Origin: Verrucomicrobiia bacterium
GTDB taxonomy: Bacteria > Verrucomicrobiota > Verrucomicrobiia > JABWAM01
Assembly (NCBI GenBank): GCA_020849895.1
Contig: JADZFN010000034.1
Coordinates: 7,942-71,941, forward strand
Direction of reading: 5' to 3'
DNA length: 64,000 bases
A program made the translations under genes and the position numbers. The notes under the pieces were generated by a model, which saw only the letters and a program-made list of their open reading frames with translations, was not told the origin of the DNA and ran no database searches. Shown here piece after piece: positions 34,784 through 46,911 of the stretch (positions are counted from its first letter, which is position 1; every line of letters starts with the position of its first letter).

Positions 34784-34859
34784 TGGCACGGCAGGAGGGA
34801 CTCGAACCCCCGACCCGCGGTTTTGGAGACCGCTGCTCTACCAACTGAGCTACTGCCGT
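34784..34859 (-). tRNA. trnW: tRNA-Trp (anticodon CCA)
   Basis: Hand-folded 76 nt: acceptor ACGGCAG/CTGCCGT, D-arm TAGCTCAGTTGGTAGAGC, anticodon loop CTCCAAA, T-arm GGGGGTTCGAGTCCCTC, encoded CCA. Coordinates are anchored on the secE start. Confidence 0.9.
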
Positions 34860-34872
34860 AAGTCCCCGCCTT

Positions 34873-35028
34873 TCACTTCTTCTCCCGGTGGAGCTGATGT
34901 TTGCCGCACCACCTGCAGAACTTGCGGATCTCCAACCGCTCGCTGCCCTGCGCCTTCTTGTTGCGGGTAGAGATGTAGTTCAGGCGCTTGCACTCCGTGC
35001 AGGCGAGCTGGATGGCCTCGCGCGGCAT
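34873..35028 (-). CDS. rpmG: 50S ribosomal protein L33
   Basis: Too short for the track. My own translation is MPREAIQLACTECKRLNYISTRNKKAQGSERLEIRKFCRWCGKHQLHREKK, with a CxxC..CxxC zinc ribbon. Confidence 0.88.
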   Translation of the reverse strand: MPREAIQLACTECKRLNYISTRNKKAQGSERLEIRKFCRWCGKHQLHREKK

Positions 35029-35032
35029 GGGG

Positions 35033-36229
35033 TCAGGCGAGGATGTCGCTCACGCGTCCCGCGCCGACGGTCTTGCCGCCTTCGCGGATGGCAAAGCGCA
35101 TCGCCTTCTCCATGGCGATCGGAGTGATCAGCTCCACCTCGATGGAGACGTTGTCGCCAGGCATCACCATCTCGACGCCCTGCGGCAGCTTCACCGAGCC
35201 GGTCACATCCGTCGTGCGGAAGAAGAACTGCGGGCGATAGTTGCTGAAGAACGGTGTGTGGCGGCCACCCTCGTCCTTGCTGAGGACATAGACCTCCGCC
35301 TTGAACTTGGTGTGCGGGGTGGTCGTGCCGGGCTTCGCGAGCACCTGGCCGCGTTCCACCTCCTCCTTCTTCGTGCCGCGCAACAGCGCGCCGATGTTGT
35401 CGCCCGCCTGCCCCTCGTCGAGCTCCTTGCGGAACATCTCGACGCCGGTGACGACGGTCTTCGTGGTGGGACGGATGCCAATGATCTCCACCTCCTCGCC
35501 CACCTTGACCTTACCGCGCTCCACGCGGCCGGTAACCACGGTGCCGCGGCCTTCGATCGAGAATACGTCCTCGACCGGCATCAGGAACGGCTGATCCACG
35601 TTGCGCACGGGAGTCGGGATATAGCTATCCACGGCCTCCATGAGCTCCAGGATGCACTTGGCGTCCGCGTGCGTGGGATCGCCCGCGGCGAGCGCCTTGG
35701 CGGCGCTGCCCTTGACGATCGGAATCTTGTCGCCGGGGAATTCATACTGGGTGAGGAGCTCGCGCACCTCCACCTCGACGAGGTCGAGCAACTCCTTGTC
35801 GTCCACCATGTCGCACTTGTTGAGGAACACGACGAGCGCGGGGACGCCGACCTGCCGAGCGAGCAGGATATGCTCGCGCGTCTGCGGCATCGGGCCGTCG
35901 GCGGCGCTGACCACCAGGATCGCACCGTCCATCTGGGCAGCGCCCGTGATCATGTTCTTCACGTAATCGGCGTGACCAGGACAGTCCACGTGCGCGTAGT
36001 GCCGCTTGTCGGTCTGATACTCAACGTGGCAAGTGTTGATGGTGATCCCGCGCTCCTTTTCCTCAGGCGCGTTGTCAATTTGATCGTACGCCTTTGCCTC
36101 GGCAAACCCCTTCTTCGCGAGAACGGTCGTGATCGCCGCGGTCAGCGTGGTTTTGCCGTGGTCAACGTGGCCGATGGTGCCCACGTTCACGTGCGGCTTG
36201 TTGCGGATGAACTTGTCTTTGCCAGCCAT
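35033..36229 (-). CDS. tuf: elongation factor Tu
   Basis: Track ORF 35033..36415 (its TTG start lies inside the tRNA) trimmed to ATG 36229 ([34 protein letters not shown]...). Confidence 0.97.
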   Translation of the reverse strand: MAGKDKFIRNKPHVNVGTIGHVDHGKTTLTAAITTVLAKKGFAEAKAYDQIDNAPEEKERGITINTCHVEYQTDKRHYAHVDCPGHADYVKNMITGAAQMDGAILVVSAADGPMPQTREHILLARQVGVPALVVFLNKCDMVDDKELLDLVEVEVRELLTQYEFPGDKIPIVKGSAAKALAAGDPTHADAKCILELMEAVDSYIPTPVRNVDQPFLMPVEDVFSIEGRGTVVTGRVERGKVKVGEEVEIIGIRPTTKTVVTGVEMFRKELDEGQAGDNIGALLRGTKKEEVERGQVLAKPGTTTPHTKFKAEVYVLSKDEGGRHTPFFSNYRPQFFFRTTDVTGSVKLPQGVEMVMPGDNVSIEVELITPIAMEKAMRFAIREGGKTVGAGRVSDILA

Positions 36230-36370
36230 AATCGAAGTGTGTGTTTGGTTTTCTCCTTGTTTCGCGGTCGTCCGCGCGCGCTCGCGCTCGGCCACCCGCC
36301 TTCTTCGCGCCCCGTGCTCCCTAAAAGCCTGCCTCCCCTCGTCGCCGCGCGAACGCGGCCAGCCGCCGGG

Positions 36371-36446
36371 TGGAGCCCACGACCAGGATTGAACTGGTGA
36401 CCTCGTCCTTACCAAGGACGTGCTCTACCAACTGAGCTACGTGGGC
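36371..36446 (-). tRNA. trnT: tRNA-Thr (anticodon GGT)
   Basis: Hand-folded 76 nt: acceptor GCCCACG/CGTGGGC, GTAGCTCAGTTGGTAGAGC, anticodon stem-loop CGTCC-TTGGTAA-GGACG, T-arm CCAGTTCAATCCTGG, encoded CCA. Confidence 0.9.
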
Positions 36447-36583
36447 GATCCAGTTTCCCAGCCAGCCGGGCTCACCGGCCGTCTTCAAGCCCGCCCCTCG
36501 GGCCGTAAAAAGACAGAACGCCCCTCCGAGGGCATCTTGGAGATGCGCATGGAAAAGGCCTTCCGCTTTCCGAAGAAACGCAA

Positions 36584-36612
36584 TTTCTACACGATTCTCC
36601 GGGACCTGTCAA
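36584..36612 (-). promoter_or_regulatory. candidate sigma-70-type promoter for the tRNA-Thr/tuf transcription unit
   Basis: The minus strand reads TTGACA (36612-36607), 17 nt, then TAGAAA (36589-36584), about 135 nt upstream of tRNA-Thr. The -35 is perfect; the -10 matches only 4/6 and lacks the final T. Confidence 0.3.
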
Positions 36613-36665
36613 CCCCCTAATTTCAACTTTTTTTGCGCGGCGCGATGCCCCTCTTCCAACCGCCC

Positions 36666-37265
36666 TCACGCCTTCCCCTCGATGAACGCGTAGCAAAGGA
36701 GATGGAGAACGTGCATCTGAGCGTCTTCCGCACGCCCATAATGCGAGGTCTCCACACGGATCACGCGTCGCGCCGTACGCGCCATGCGACTATCGGCCTT
36801 CCCGCCAACCAAGGCGAGTGTCGTCAATCCCGCGGCATTCGCCCAGTCGAGCGCCTTCGCCACATTCGGCGAATTGCCGCTCACGCTCACTCCGAGAAAA
36901 AGATCGCCCGCCTTCGCGTAATTCCGCAATTGCTCCACGAAGACGTCGTCATATCCCACGTCGTTCGACAGCGCCGTCATCCAGGAAACGTTGTCGTTCA
37001 GCGAAAGCACCCGAAAGCGTGGCGGCGCATCCACCGCGTCCGGCGCTTTCGCGGGTCCCGCGCCGAACCCCGAGGCGCCCTTGCCGAGATCCACCGCAAA
37101 ATGGGAGGCGTTCGCCGCGCTGCCGCCGTTGCCGCAGAGATAAATCCCCCGTCCTTCCCTCCTCGCGGCGGCCAAGAGGCCCACCCACGTCGCAATCTCC
37201 TCTGTCGGCAGGGCGGACGTTACGCGGCTTTGGTCCTTCAGATATTCGCAGATCCAGTTCTTCAT
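36666..37265 (-). CDS. gmhA: SIS-domain protein, D-sedoheptulose-7-phosphate isomerase (GmhA)-like
   Basis: Contains IYLCGNGGSAANASHFAVDL and LFLGVSVSGNSPNV motifs as in GmhA/DiaA, plus a Gly/Ala/Pro-rich insertion after the first motif. Confidence 0.75.
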   Translation of the reverse strand: MKNWICEYLKDQSRVTSALPTEEIATWVGLLAAARREGRGIYLCGNGGSAANASHFAVDLGKGASGFGAGPAKAPDAVDAPPRFRVLSLNDNVSWMTALSNDVGYDDVFVEQLRNYAKAGDLFLGVSVSGNSPNVAKALDWANAAGLTTLALVGGKADSRMARTARRVIRVETSHYGRAEDAQMHVLHLLCYAFIEGKA

Positions 37266-37508
37266 GCGCGCGACCCTACTCCGATTTTGGCGCGTTGGAC
37301 ATGAAAAAGCGCAGCGCCGGTTCGCTTCCGAATTTCATCTCGAAGCCCACTTTTCCATGGCGATCAGACGGCCGCTGGCGTCGCGGGAGGAGATCCTGCC
37401 GCGGGAGTCCTTTCGTGCGGCGTCCGTCGAAACAAACGCATGGAACTACCGTCTCGTACGGCGGCCCGTGGTTGGAGGTTGTTCGCGGCATCGGGAATTC
37501 GCCATCCC

Positions 37509-39530
<2,022 letters not shown>

Positions 39531-39549
39531 GCGAAAGAACGCGCGGCGC

Positions 39550-39864
39550 CTACGTTTCGAACGAGGTGCCGCACCCGCAACTGCGTTTGGCGTTGGGGTT
39601 GGAAACTTTGAATCCCGCGCCCGTGAGGCCGTCCACGTAGTCAATCTCGCAGCCGTCCACGAACGGGAGCGCCTTCGGATCCAGGACGATCCGTCCTCCG
39701 CTTTCACCGACGACCACGTCGCCGGGACGCGCCTGGTCCACGCTCATTGCGTATTGCATGCCGGAGCATCCGCCCTTTTCGACGCTGATGCGAAGCGCAG
39801 CGCCCGGCTTTCCGGCGACGAGGCTGCGAACCTGTTCGGTGGCGTGGGGGGTCAGCGTGATCAT
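39550..39864 (-). CDS. HesB/IscA-family iron-sulfur cluster insertion protein (ErpA/IscA-like)
   Basis: 104 aa. Starts MITLTPHATEQVRSL...ISVEKGGCSGMQY and ends ...CGCGTSFET, the family signature. Confidence 0.9.
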   Translation of the reverse strand: MITLTPHATEQVRSLVAGKPGAALRISVEKGGCSGMQYAMSVDQARPGDVVVGESGGRIVLDPKALPFVDGCEIDYVDGLTGAGFKVSNPNAKRSCGCGTSFET

Positions 39865-39961
39865 GGCGAGAGAAACCTAGGCTTCCCGCGCGCCGTGTCA
39901 ACTCCTGTCAACTCCTGCCGACTTGATTTCCTCCCGAGGTGCGCGAATCATGCGGTGCTTC

Positions 39962-41758
39962 ATGGACCTCGCGCGCATCCGCAACTTCTGCATCATCGCG
40001 CACATTGACCACGGGAAGACGACCCTTTCGGACCGCCTGCTGCAGGCGACCGGGACCGTCGCGGCCCGTGAGATGCGCGACCAACTTCTCGACGGCATGG
40101 ACCTCGAACGCGAGCGCGGGATCACGATCAAGGCCCACCCCGTCCGGATGCGCTACCAGGCGAAGGACGGCGCGGAGTATCAGCTCAACCTGATTGATAC
40201 ACCGGGCCACGTGGACTTCGCCTACGAAGTCTCCCGCAGCCTTTCCGCGTGCGAAGGCGCCCTGCTCCTCGTGGACGCCGCCCAGGGGGTGGAGGCGCAA
40301 ACGGTGGCGAACGTCCACCTTGCGATGAAGCAGAAGCTGACGGTCCTTCCGGTGATCAACAAGATTGATCTGCCGAACGCCGACATCCCCTCCGTGCTCC
40401 ACCAGATCGAGGACATCCTCGCCATTCCGCGTGAGGACGTGCTCCTCGCCAGCGCGAAAGTCGGCGCCGGCGTGCCCGAGATTCTCGAGGCAGTCGTCCA
40501 TCGCATTCCTCCGCCCCGATCCACACTGCCGGGCGTTCTGCGGGCGCTCGTCTTCGACTCGGTCTTCGACACGTTCCGTGGGGTGGTCACCTACGTGCGC
40601 GTCTTCGACGGCGAGACGGCCCCCGGCGCGACGGTCCGCCTCCTCCGCTCGGGCCGCGACTACGAAGTCAAGGAGGTCGGCGCCTTCGTGCCCGAAATGG
40701 TGAAGACCGACGCCCTGCGCACCGGCCAGGTGGGCTACGTGATCGCCAACATCAAGACCACCGCCGAGGTGAAGATCGGGGATACGATCACCCTCGCGCG
40801 TACGCCCGCGAAGACCCCGCTTCCCGGCTTTCAGGAAGTCCATCCGATGGTGTTCAGCGGGATCTATCCGATCGACACCTCGAACTTCGAGCATCTCAAG
40901 GCCTGCATGGCCAAACTGCAGCTCAACGATTCCGCCTTCGTCTACCAACCCGAGAGCTCGGTCGCTCTCGGGTTCGGTTTCCGTTGCGGCTTCCTCGGCC
41001 TTCTCCATATGGAGATCATCCAGGAGCGCCTCCGCCGCGAATATCAGCAGGACATCATCGCCACCTATCCGAGCGTGATCTACCGTGTGGTCCGCACCAA
41101 CGGGGAAAAGCTGGAGGTGGACAACCCCGTCCACCTCCCCGACCCAAGCGTGATCGAGCGGATCGAGGAGCCTTATGTCCGCGCCTTCGTCATGGTCCCA
41201 AACACCACAATCGGAGACGCGATGAGCCTGATCCTCGATCGGCGGGGCACGTGCTCGAACACGGAAACGCTCGACGCGCGCCGCGTGATGCTCACCTGCG
41301 AAATTCCGCTCAACGAAATCCTCGTGGACTTCAACGACAAGCTCAAGAGCCTCAGCCGCGGTTACGGCTCGATGGATTACGAGCCGATCGGCTATCGTGA
41401 GGGCGACCTCGTAAAGCTCGATATCCTCGTCAACCGCGAGCCTGTGGACGCCTTCTCCTGCATTGTCCACCGCGCCAAGGCGGAGACCCGAGGTCGCGCC
41501 CTCGCTCTCCGTCTCAAGGAGGTCATCCCCTCGCAGCTCTTTCAGGTCGCCATCCAGGCCGCCATCGGCGGAAAGATCATCGCCCGCGAGACCGTACGTT
41601 CCGTCGGAAAAAACGTCACCGCCAAGTGCTACGGCGGCGACATCACCCGCAAGCGCAAGCTCTGGGAGAAACAGAAGGAAGGCAAAAAGCGGATGAAATC
41701 CGTCGGCACCGTGAACATCCCCCAGGAAGCGTTCATCGAGGTCCTCAAGACGAACTGA
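39962..41758 (+). CDS. lepA: translation elongation factor 4 (LepA)
   Basis: Track ORF 39923..41758 (TTG) trimmed to ATG 39962 ([27 protein letters not shown]...). ATG 39950 is an alternative start. The C-terminus [17 protein letters not shown] is typical of LepA. Confidence 0.93.
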   Translation: MDLARIRNFCIIAHIDHGKTTLSDRLLQATGTVAAREMRDQLLDGMDLERERGITIKAHPVRMRYQAKDGAEYQLNLIDTPGHVDFAYEVSRSLSACEGALLLVDAAQGVEAQTVANVHLAMKQKLTVLPVINKIDLPNADIPSVLHQIEDILAIPREDVLLASAKVGAGVPEILEAVVHRIPPPRSTLPGVLRALVFDSVFDTFRGVVTYVRVFDGETAPGATVRLLRSGRDYEVKEVGAFVPEMVKTDALRTGQVGYVIANIKTTAEVKIGDTITLARTPAKTPLPGFQEVHPMVFSGIYPIDTSNFEHLKACMAKLQLNDSAFVYQPESSVALGFGFRCGFLGLLHMEIIQERLRREYQQDIIATYPSVIYRVVRTNGEKLEVDNPVHLPDPSVIERIEEPYVRAFVMVPNTTIGDAMSLILDRRGTCSNTETLDARRVMLTCEIPLNEILVDFNDKLKSLSRGYGSMDYEPIGYREGDLVKLDILVNREPVDAFSCIVHRAKAETRGRALALRLKEVIPSQLFQVAIQAAIGGKIIARETVRSVGKNVTAKCYGGDITRKRKLWEKQKEGKKRMKSVGTVNIPQEAFIEVLKTN

Positions 41759-41777
41759 GTTTTCCCCCATCCTTCCC

Positions 41778-42884
41778 ATGCCCCCCACCCCACGCACCAA
41801 GATCGGTCTCGTCGGCTGCGGCGCCATCAGCCCCGCCTACTTCAAGGGATTGAAACCGTACGCGTTCCTCGAGGTGGCTGCCTGCGCCGACCTCGACCTC
41901 GAGCGCGCAAAGACGCGCGCCACCGAGTTCGGCATCTCCCGCGCATGCACCGTGGAGGAACTGTTCGCCACTCCCGACCTTGAAATCGTCGTCAATCTCA
42001 CCATCCCCTCCGCCCACGCCTCCGTCGCTCTGAAGGCGATTTCGGAAGGCAAGAGCGTGATCAGCGAGAAACCGCTCGCTCTCAACCGGGAGGAGGGTCT
42101 TCGGGTCCTCGAAGCCGCGAAGAAGAAGGGCGTGCGCGTGGGTTGCGCCCCGGACACCTTCCTCGGAGCGGGCATCCAGACCAGTCGTAAGCTGCTCGAC
42201 GACGGCTGGATCGGCGCCCCCGTCGGTGCCACGGCCTTCATGCTCTGCGCCGGTCACGAACGGTGGCACCCGAGCCCCGAATTCTACTACCAGCGGGGCG
42301 GAGGTCCCCTGTTCGACATGGGGCCTTACTACCTTACCTCCCTGATCAACCTCCTCGGCCCGGTCGCGCGGGTCGCGGCCTTCGCGAAAAAAACCCATCC
42401 GACCCGCGTCATTGCCAGCGAACCGAAGCGAGGACAGGTCATCTCCGTGGAGGTCCCAACGCACGCCTCGGCCTCCCTGGAGTTCCGAAACGGCGTCATC
42501 GGGACGCTCATCATGTCGTTCGACGTCTGGGCGCACACCCTTCCGTGCATCGAGATCTACGGCACCGAGGGCAGCCTCTCCCTCCCCGACCCGAACGGTT
42601 TCGGAGGCGTGATCCGTCTCCGCCGCAAGGAGAACAAGGATTGGGGAGAGATTCCCCACGCGTTCCCCGAGCGCTCCCGCGGCGCAGGACCGGCCGACAT
42701 GGCAAAGGCCCTCCAATCCGGACGCCCGCACCGCGCCAGCGGCGAACTCGCCTTCCACGTCCTCGACGTGATGTGCGCCATCCATGAATCCGCCGAGGCG
42801 GAGCGCGCGATCGACGTGCGCAGCACGTGCGACCGCCCCGCCCCTCTCCCTCTCGATCTCGTCGCCGAGGAGATGGACGCCTGA
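41778..42884 (+). CDS. Gfo/Idh/MocA-family NAD(P)-dependent oxidoreductase
   Basis: N-terminal Rossmann motif KIGLVGCGAISPAY, then a family-typical EKP motif (VISEKPLAL). Confidence 0.85.
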   Translation: MPPTPRTKIGLVGCGAISPAYFKGLKPYAFLEVAACADLDLERAKTRATEFGISRACTVEELFATPDLEIVVNLTIPSAHASVALKAISEGKSVISEKPLALNREEGLRVLEAAKKKGVRVGCAPDTFLGAGIQTSRKLLDDGWIGAPVGATAFMLCAGHERWHPSPEFYYQRGGGPLFDMGPYYLTSLINLLGPVARVAAFAKKTHPTRVIASEPKRGQVISVEVPTHASASLEFRNGVIGTLIMSFDVWAHTLPCIEIYGTEGSLSLPDPNGFGGVIRLRRKENKDWGEIPHAFPERSRGAGPADMAKALQSGRPHRASGELAFHVLDVMCAIHESAEAERAIDVRSTCDRPAPLPLDLVAEEMDA

Positions 42885-42897
42885 AGGGAACACACGC

Positions 42898-43208
42898 ATG
42901 GAACTCCAAAATCAAACCGTCCTCGTCACCGGCGCCGGCAGCGGCATCGGACGCGCCCTCGCGCTCGAGTTCGCACGCAACGGGGCCCGCGTGGTGGTGG
43001 CGGGCCGCCGCACCCAGCGCCTCGAGGAAACGGTCTCCCTCATCCGCAGTTCGCCGAGGGAAAGACGCGCGCCCCCGAGGACGTCGCCCGCGCAACGATC
43101 CGCCTTCTCGCCATCGCCCGTCCCGAGCACAGCGGCCGGGATTACTCGGCTTCAACCGATTTTTCGAAGTGGCCATCCGGCGAGGAGAAACCTTTCCGCC
43201 AATCCTGA
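42898..43208 (+). pseudogene. short-chain dehydrogenase/reductase remnant (internal deletion plus frameshift)
   Basis: From ATG 42898 the frame reads MELQNQTVLVTGAGSGIGRALALEFARNGARVVVAGRRTQRLEETVSL (SDR N-terminus, TGxxxGIG) and then degenerates. Another frame from ~43023 reads ...FAEGKTRAPEDVARATIRLLAIARPEHSGRDY...*, an SDR C-terminus. The catalytic core with YxxxK is missing. Confidence 0.55.
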
Positions 43209-43302
43209 AATGAATTTTCTCCTTGCGACACCGGACTGAACAAAAATCCTCGGCGAACAGGCCGCTCCGCCTTGCCAGTCCGTCCGTCTGCCCTCTTTCT
43301 CC

Positions 43303-44196
43303 ATGAACAACGCCATCAAAGTTGCCCTGATCGGACTCGATACGAGTCACACCGTGGAATTCGCCCGTCGCATGCAGGCGCCGGACTGTCCGCCGGACCA
43401 AAAGGTCTCCGGACTGCGCGCCACCGCCTGCATGAGGTTCCCCACCCCGTTCCAAAGCAAGGAGGGCCTCGACGACCGTCAGAAAATCCTCGAAGGTTGG
43501 GGCATCCGGGTGACTCCGAGCTTTGAGGAAGCTGTCTCAGACTGCGATGCCGTGATGCTGGAGATCAACGATCCCGCGCGGCATCTCGAGTATTTTGCGC
43601 GCGCGACGGAACTCGGCAAGCGCGTCTTCCTCGACAAACCGCTCGCCGACACACTCGCGAGCGGGCAGGAGATCGCCAGGATCGCCGCGGCGAAGAAGAC
43701 CTCCTTTTTCTCGGCGTCATCGCTCCGCTTCGTGCCGCAACTCCTCAAGGCCTGCGACGAACTCCCGAAGCCGCTCCTCGCCTCGACCTACGGACCCGTG
43801 GGCAAGGCGCCGGCGGGCAGCTCGATCGTCTGGTACGGCGTCCACGCCTTCGAGATGCTCCAGCGCGCCATGGGCCGCGGCGCGCAGAGCGTCTTCGCGA
43901 GAGCGGACGACGCGGGCGTCGCCGCCGTCGTTCGCTATCCGGAGAAGCGCCGGGGCGTGGTCGAACTGAGCTTCGTTTCCTATGCCTACGGCGGCAGCCT
44001 GCGCGACGACAAGAAGATCGTTCCATTTGTCAACGACGCGAGCCGTCTCTACTCCGACCTGCTGCTGCAAATCCGTGCGTTTTTCCGAGGAGCGCCGCCG
44101 CCGGTCGCGCAAGAGGACACCCTGGAAGTCATGGCGTTATTGGACGCGGCGCAGCGCTCCGCCGACAGCGGACGCGAAGAGGCGGTCAAGATCTGA
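43303..44196 (+). CDS. Gfo/Idh/MocA-like oxidoreductase
   Basis: Starts MNNAIKVALIGLDTSHTVEFARRM..., later ...VFLDKPLA. Rossmann-type N-terminus of the family. Confidence 0.75.
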   Translation: MNNAIKVALIGLDTSHTVEFARRMQAPDCPPDQKVSGLRATACMRFPTPFQSKEGLDDRQKILEGWGIRVTPSFEEAVSDCDAVMLEINDPARHLEYFARATELGKRVFLDKPLADTLASGQEIARIAAAKKTSFFSASSLRFVPQLLKACDELPKPLLASTYGPVGKAPAGSSIVWYGVHAFEMLQRAMGRGAQSVFARADDAGVAAVVRYPEKRRGVVELSFVSYAYGGSLRDDKKIVPFVNDASRLYSDLLLQIRAFFRGAPPPVAQEDTLEVMALLDAAQRSADSGREEAVKI

Positions 44197-44222
44197 AGCG
44201 CGCGGCCCGCGTTCCGCCTCCG

Positions 44223-44360
44223 ATGAAAGAATCCTGGCTCCTGAGACAGACACCGAAGACCGTCTCCCGGATCAGAACGTTGGCCGTGTTTCTCCTGCTC
44301 GGCGGACTCGGCCTTCTCGCGCTCGGGCTGATCTGGCTGCTCGACCGCCGGGGAATCTGA
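44223..44360 (+). CDS. possible 45-aa single-pass membrane peptide
   Basis: My own translation is MKESWLLRQTPKTVSRIRTLAVFLLLGGLGLLALGLIWLLDRRGI. It has one clear hydrophobic helix flanked by basic residues. No homology can be claimed. Confidence 0.25.
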   Translation: MKESWLLRQTPKTVSRIRTLAVFLLLGGLGLLALGLIWLLDRRGI

Positions 44361-44630
44361 CGGACTCGCCGCCGGACGGGTGGAGATGCGCCGAAACCGC
44401 TGTCGCACGGAGAGTTCCGAGAGCGCGGAGGAAGGACTGCGTCGTTGCGATATCCCAGTTTCCTGATCCGTACGCCATCCTCCTGCCCGCCCCTTCGCGC
44501 GCGCCGCCTGCTCTCGGACCGTTATCCCGATCTCCCGCGAAACGAAGATGGCTTTTCATAAAATCTCGCGCGTGCATCTCCCACAGCCCGTCGCGAGGCC
44601 TTGGTATTTCCGATCTTCGAGAAATCCGGA

Positions 44631-46760
44631 TCAGGGCGCGGCTTCCTTCCAGCCTTTGATCCGTTGAACGGAAGAGCTGCCGGTTGTGTAAAGCTCTCCG
44701 TTGCTGAAAAGCAGGCGCGCATACTTTTCGTGGATTTTGCCCACGGGACGGCAGACGAGGTCTTTCGGATTGATTCGAAAGATCAATGTCCAGCCGTTCT
44801 CGTCGGTCGCCCCCGTCCAGACCTGCCCCTCCGGCCCCAAAACGAAACCGTTGGAGCGCACCGGCACCGCAAGGTCGCCACGAGAAGCTCCGCACACCTT
44901 TGCCTTGACCATCCGCGTCTGCTCCGTCTTTCCGGTCTTCAGATTGAAACGGTAGAGCACACTCGAGCCGCTTTCGAGCTGTCCCACGCCCACTGCCGTG
45001 TCCGGCGCGGTTTGGATCACGCCAAGGAGCGCTTTCACCCTTGGGAGCGGAATGTGCTTGCCGACGATCTTCTGCGATTTCACGTCGAAAACGAAGAGCG
45101 CCCCTTCCTCCGCCGCTGCGCCGGGGAGCTGTTTGTTGTATTGAACCGTCGTGGCGATGAGCAACGTATCGCCGTGATCGGCCGACGACATCCAGCCAAT
45201 CTGGTAATGGTTAAACGCGCCTTGATCCTCGAAAACGCCGGTCGTCCGTCCTTCGGCATCGGCCCACGCGAGCGCGAACCCGTAGTAGTAACGATGCCTC
45301 CGCGCGATGAGATACACCCGCCCGTCCGAAGCCGGCGTCAGGCAGCATCCGATGTGCGCGCCGCCGGTCGTCGCCATCAACGAGGCGACCAGGCGCGGGT
45401 TGGCGTCCGCCTGCTCCATGGGAATGCCCGGCTTCCCTGGCAGCGTTACGGTCGAAGTCTGCGGCTTGGAGGTCTCGTAGACGACGAGCCGCGTCCCAGG
45501 ATAGCCTGCGACAAACACGTTCTTGCCGACCGCCGCGACCGTGTAGCTGCTGGTTCGCGTCGTCACGAGTTCGTTCCGGGCGCCTTGAGGGTCGGCGAGA
45601 AGCATCGGACCGTAACCCCGCGCCACGCCGGCGATCCGTCCGTCGGGCAGCGCGGCAAGCTCGATGAGCGCTTCTGAAGCCAGCCCGGCTTCAATTCTCC
45701 CCTCGCGAAAGTTTTCCGTCGAACCGCCTTCGGGAATGAGCACGCGAAAGTGGAGATCGCCTTTCGCCAGCGGCGAATCGTCAAGAATCGCCTCGGGGCC
45801 TTTTCCGGTGAAGCCGGGGCGGTCCGCGTTCTTGGCCCGAAGCCCCCGTTGGTCGGCGGTGATTTCTTCGGCGCCGCCGTTTTCGAGCAGCAGATAGATT
45901 TTGTTCTTATGCTCGTCGGTGACCTCCGCGAGGTTTCCGTTCACGCTGATCCAGCCGGCCGCGGGACGGGAGGCGAGCACCTTGCGCGCCTTCGTTTCAC
46001 GATGGATCGCCAGGAGCTCAGTCGGCCCCGTGCCACGCACGGCGCAATAGATATACCGGTCGTCCGCCGAAAGATAATAGACATAGCCCCCGTCGGTTCC
46101 CTCGCCGCCGATCTTGCCGTAGGAGGCGAACTTCCCCGTCTTCGGATCGTAGAGGGCGAGATCGGTTCCCGTACCGCCGCCGAGGGCGATCATTCCCTCG
46201 GGCGTTGCTGCCATGCGATAAAGGGTCGCGGAGGGTTTCGGCCCAGGAAAAGGCTCGCCGAGATCGGTGAGCGTATCGGTGGCGGGATCATAAACCGCGA
46301 GACGGGGCATCACGTTCATCCCCAGATAAAGTTTTCCGTCCAGCCACAGAGCCGACCACGCCTCGAGCGAAGGGATGCAGACCGGCAGCTCGCGGACTGT
46401 CCCCTTCTCAAAATCCACGGAGGCAAAATACGATTTCCGCGTCGTGCGCTGATCCTTTTTGAAAAAGACGAGCTGACGCCATGGGGACCGGTCGTTTGCG
46501 CGGCCTGAGGGGATGAGACGATGGATAAAAAAGCCGCTCGCAAGGCCGAATCTCTCGGTCTCGAGAACGGGAACTTCGCCCTCGGCGATCACCTCGCCTT
46601 CGGCGCTCGACGGAGGCGGGGGCGTGGCGTTCTCGTCGAGCGGTGGGGATGCGGATTCCGCCGCGACGGCGGCGTTTTCGCGCAGCCAAATACTCACGAG
46701 CAAGACCGTGGCGGCGCAGAAGAAAAAGGGCAGTGTCCGAGAAAAGCGAAGGCGAGGCAT
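44631..46760 (-). CDS. large secreted hypothetical protein (possibly beta-propeller-like repeats)
   Basis: 709 aa. Signal-peptide-like N-terminus MPRLRFSRTLPFFFCAATVLLVSIWL, a Pro/Ser linker, then many short Gly/Tyr/Val strand-like repeats. Amino-acid composition is protein-like, unlike the overlapping ORFs. Confidence 0.7.
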   Translation of the reverse strand: MPRLRFSRTLPFFFCAATVLLVSIWLRENAAVAAESASPPLDENATPPPPSSAEGEVIAEGEVPVLETERFGLASGFFIHRLIPSGRANDRSPWRQLVFFKKDQRTTRKSYFASVDFEKGTVRELPVCIPSLEAWSALWLDGKLYLGMNVMPRLAVYDPATDTLTDLGEPFPGPKPSATLYRMAATPEGMIALGGGTGTDLALYDPKTGKFASYGKIGGEGTDGGYVYYLSADDRYIYCAVRGTGPTELLAIHRETKARKVLASRPAAGWISVNGNLAEVTDEHKNKIYLLLENGGAEEITADQRGLRAKNADRPGFTGKGPEAILDDSPLAKGDLHFRVLIPEGGSTENFREGRIEAGLASEALIELAALPDGRIAGVARGYGPMLLADPQGARNELVTTRTSSYTVAAVGKNVFVAGYPGTRLVVYETSKPQTSTVTLPGKPGIPMEQADANPRLVASLMATTGGAHIGCCLTPASDGRVYLIARRHRYYYGFALAWADAEGRTTGVFEDQGAFNHYQIGWMSSADHGDTLLIATTVQYNKQLPGAAAEEGALFVFDVKSQKIVGKHIPLPRVKALLGVIQTAPDTAVGVGQLESGSSVLYRFNLKTGKTEQTRMVKAKVCGASRGDLAVPVRSNGFVLGPEGQVWTGATDENGWTLIFRINPKDLVCRPVGKIHEKYARLLFSNGELYTTGSSSVQRIKGWKEAAP

Positions 46761-46911
46761 GACGTCAGCGTATAGAACAGCCCTCGATTTAACCAGAAAA
46801 TAGGGCGTCCTTTTCGGTTTTTGACTGTTTCCAAAAGAGACGGTTCCCGATAGAATCTCCCACCGCGATCAAGAATCCGCCGCTTCGGCAAGCCCGTCCG
46901 GGAAACGATTC

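Noticed and set aside
36420-36620. 66-aa plus-strand ORF ([10 protein letters not shown]...)
   Set aside because: Its 5' end is the reverse complement of tRNA-Thr. The rest lies in the tuf promoter/leader region with no coding features.
37266-37508. 243-nt thiC-gmhA spacer examined for a small gene or structured RNA
   Set aside because: All frames give Arg/Pro-rich or interrupted peptides, and no recognisable RNA motif or terminator hairpin was found. It is left unannotated.
39908-41827. 639-aa minus-strand ORF opposite lepA
   Set aside because: It is antisense to a clearly identified GTPase gene. The composition is low-complexity and Asp/Gly/Arg/Val-rich.
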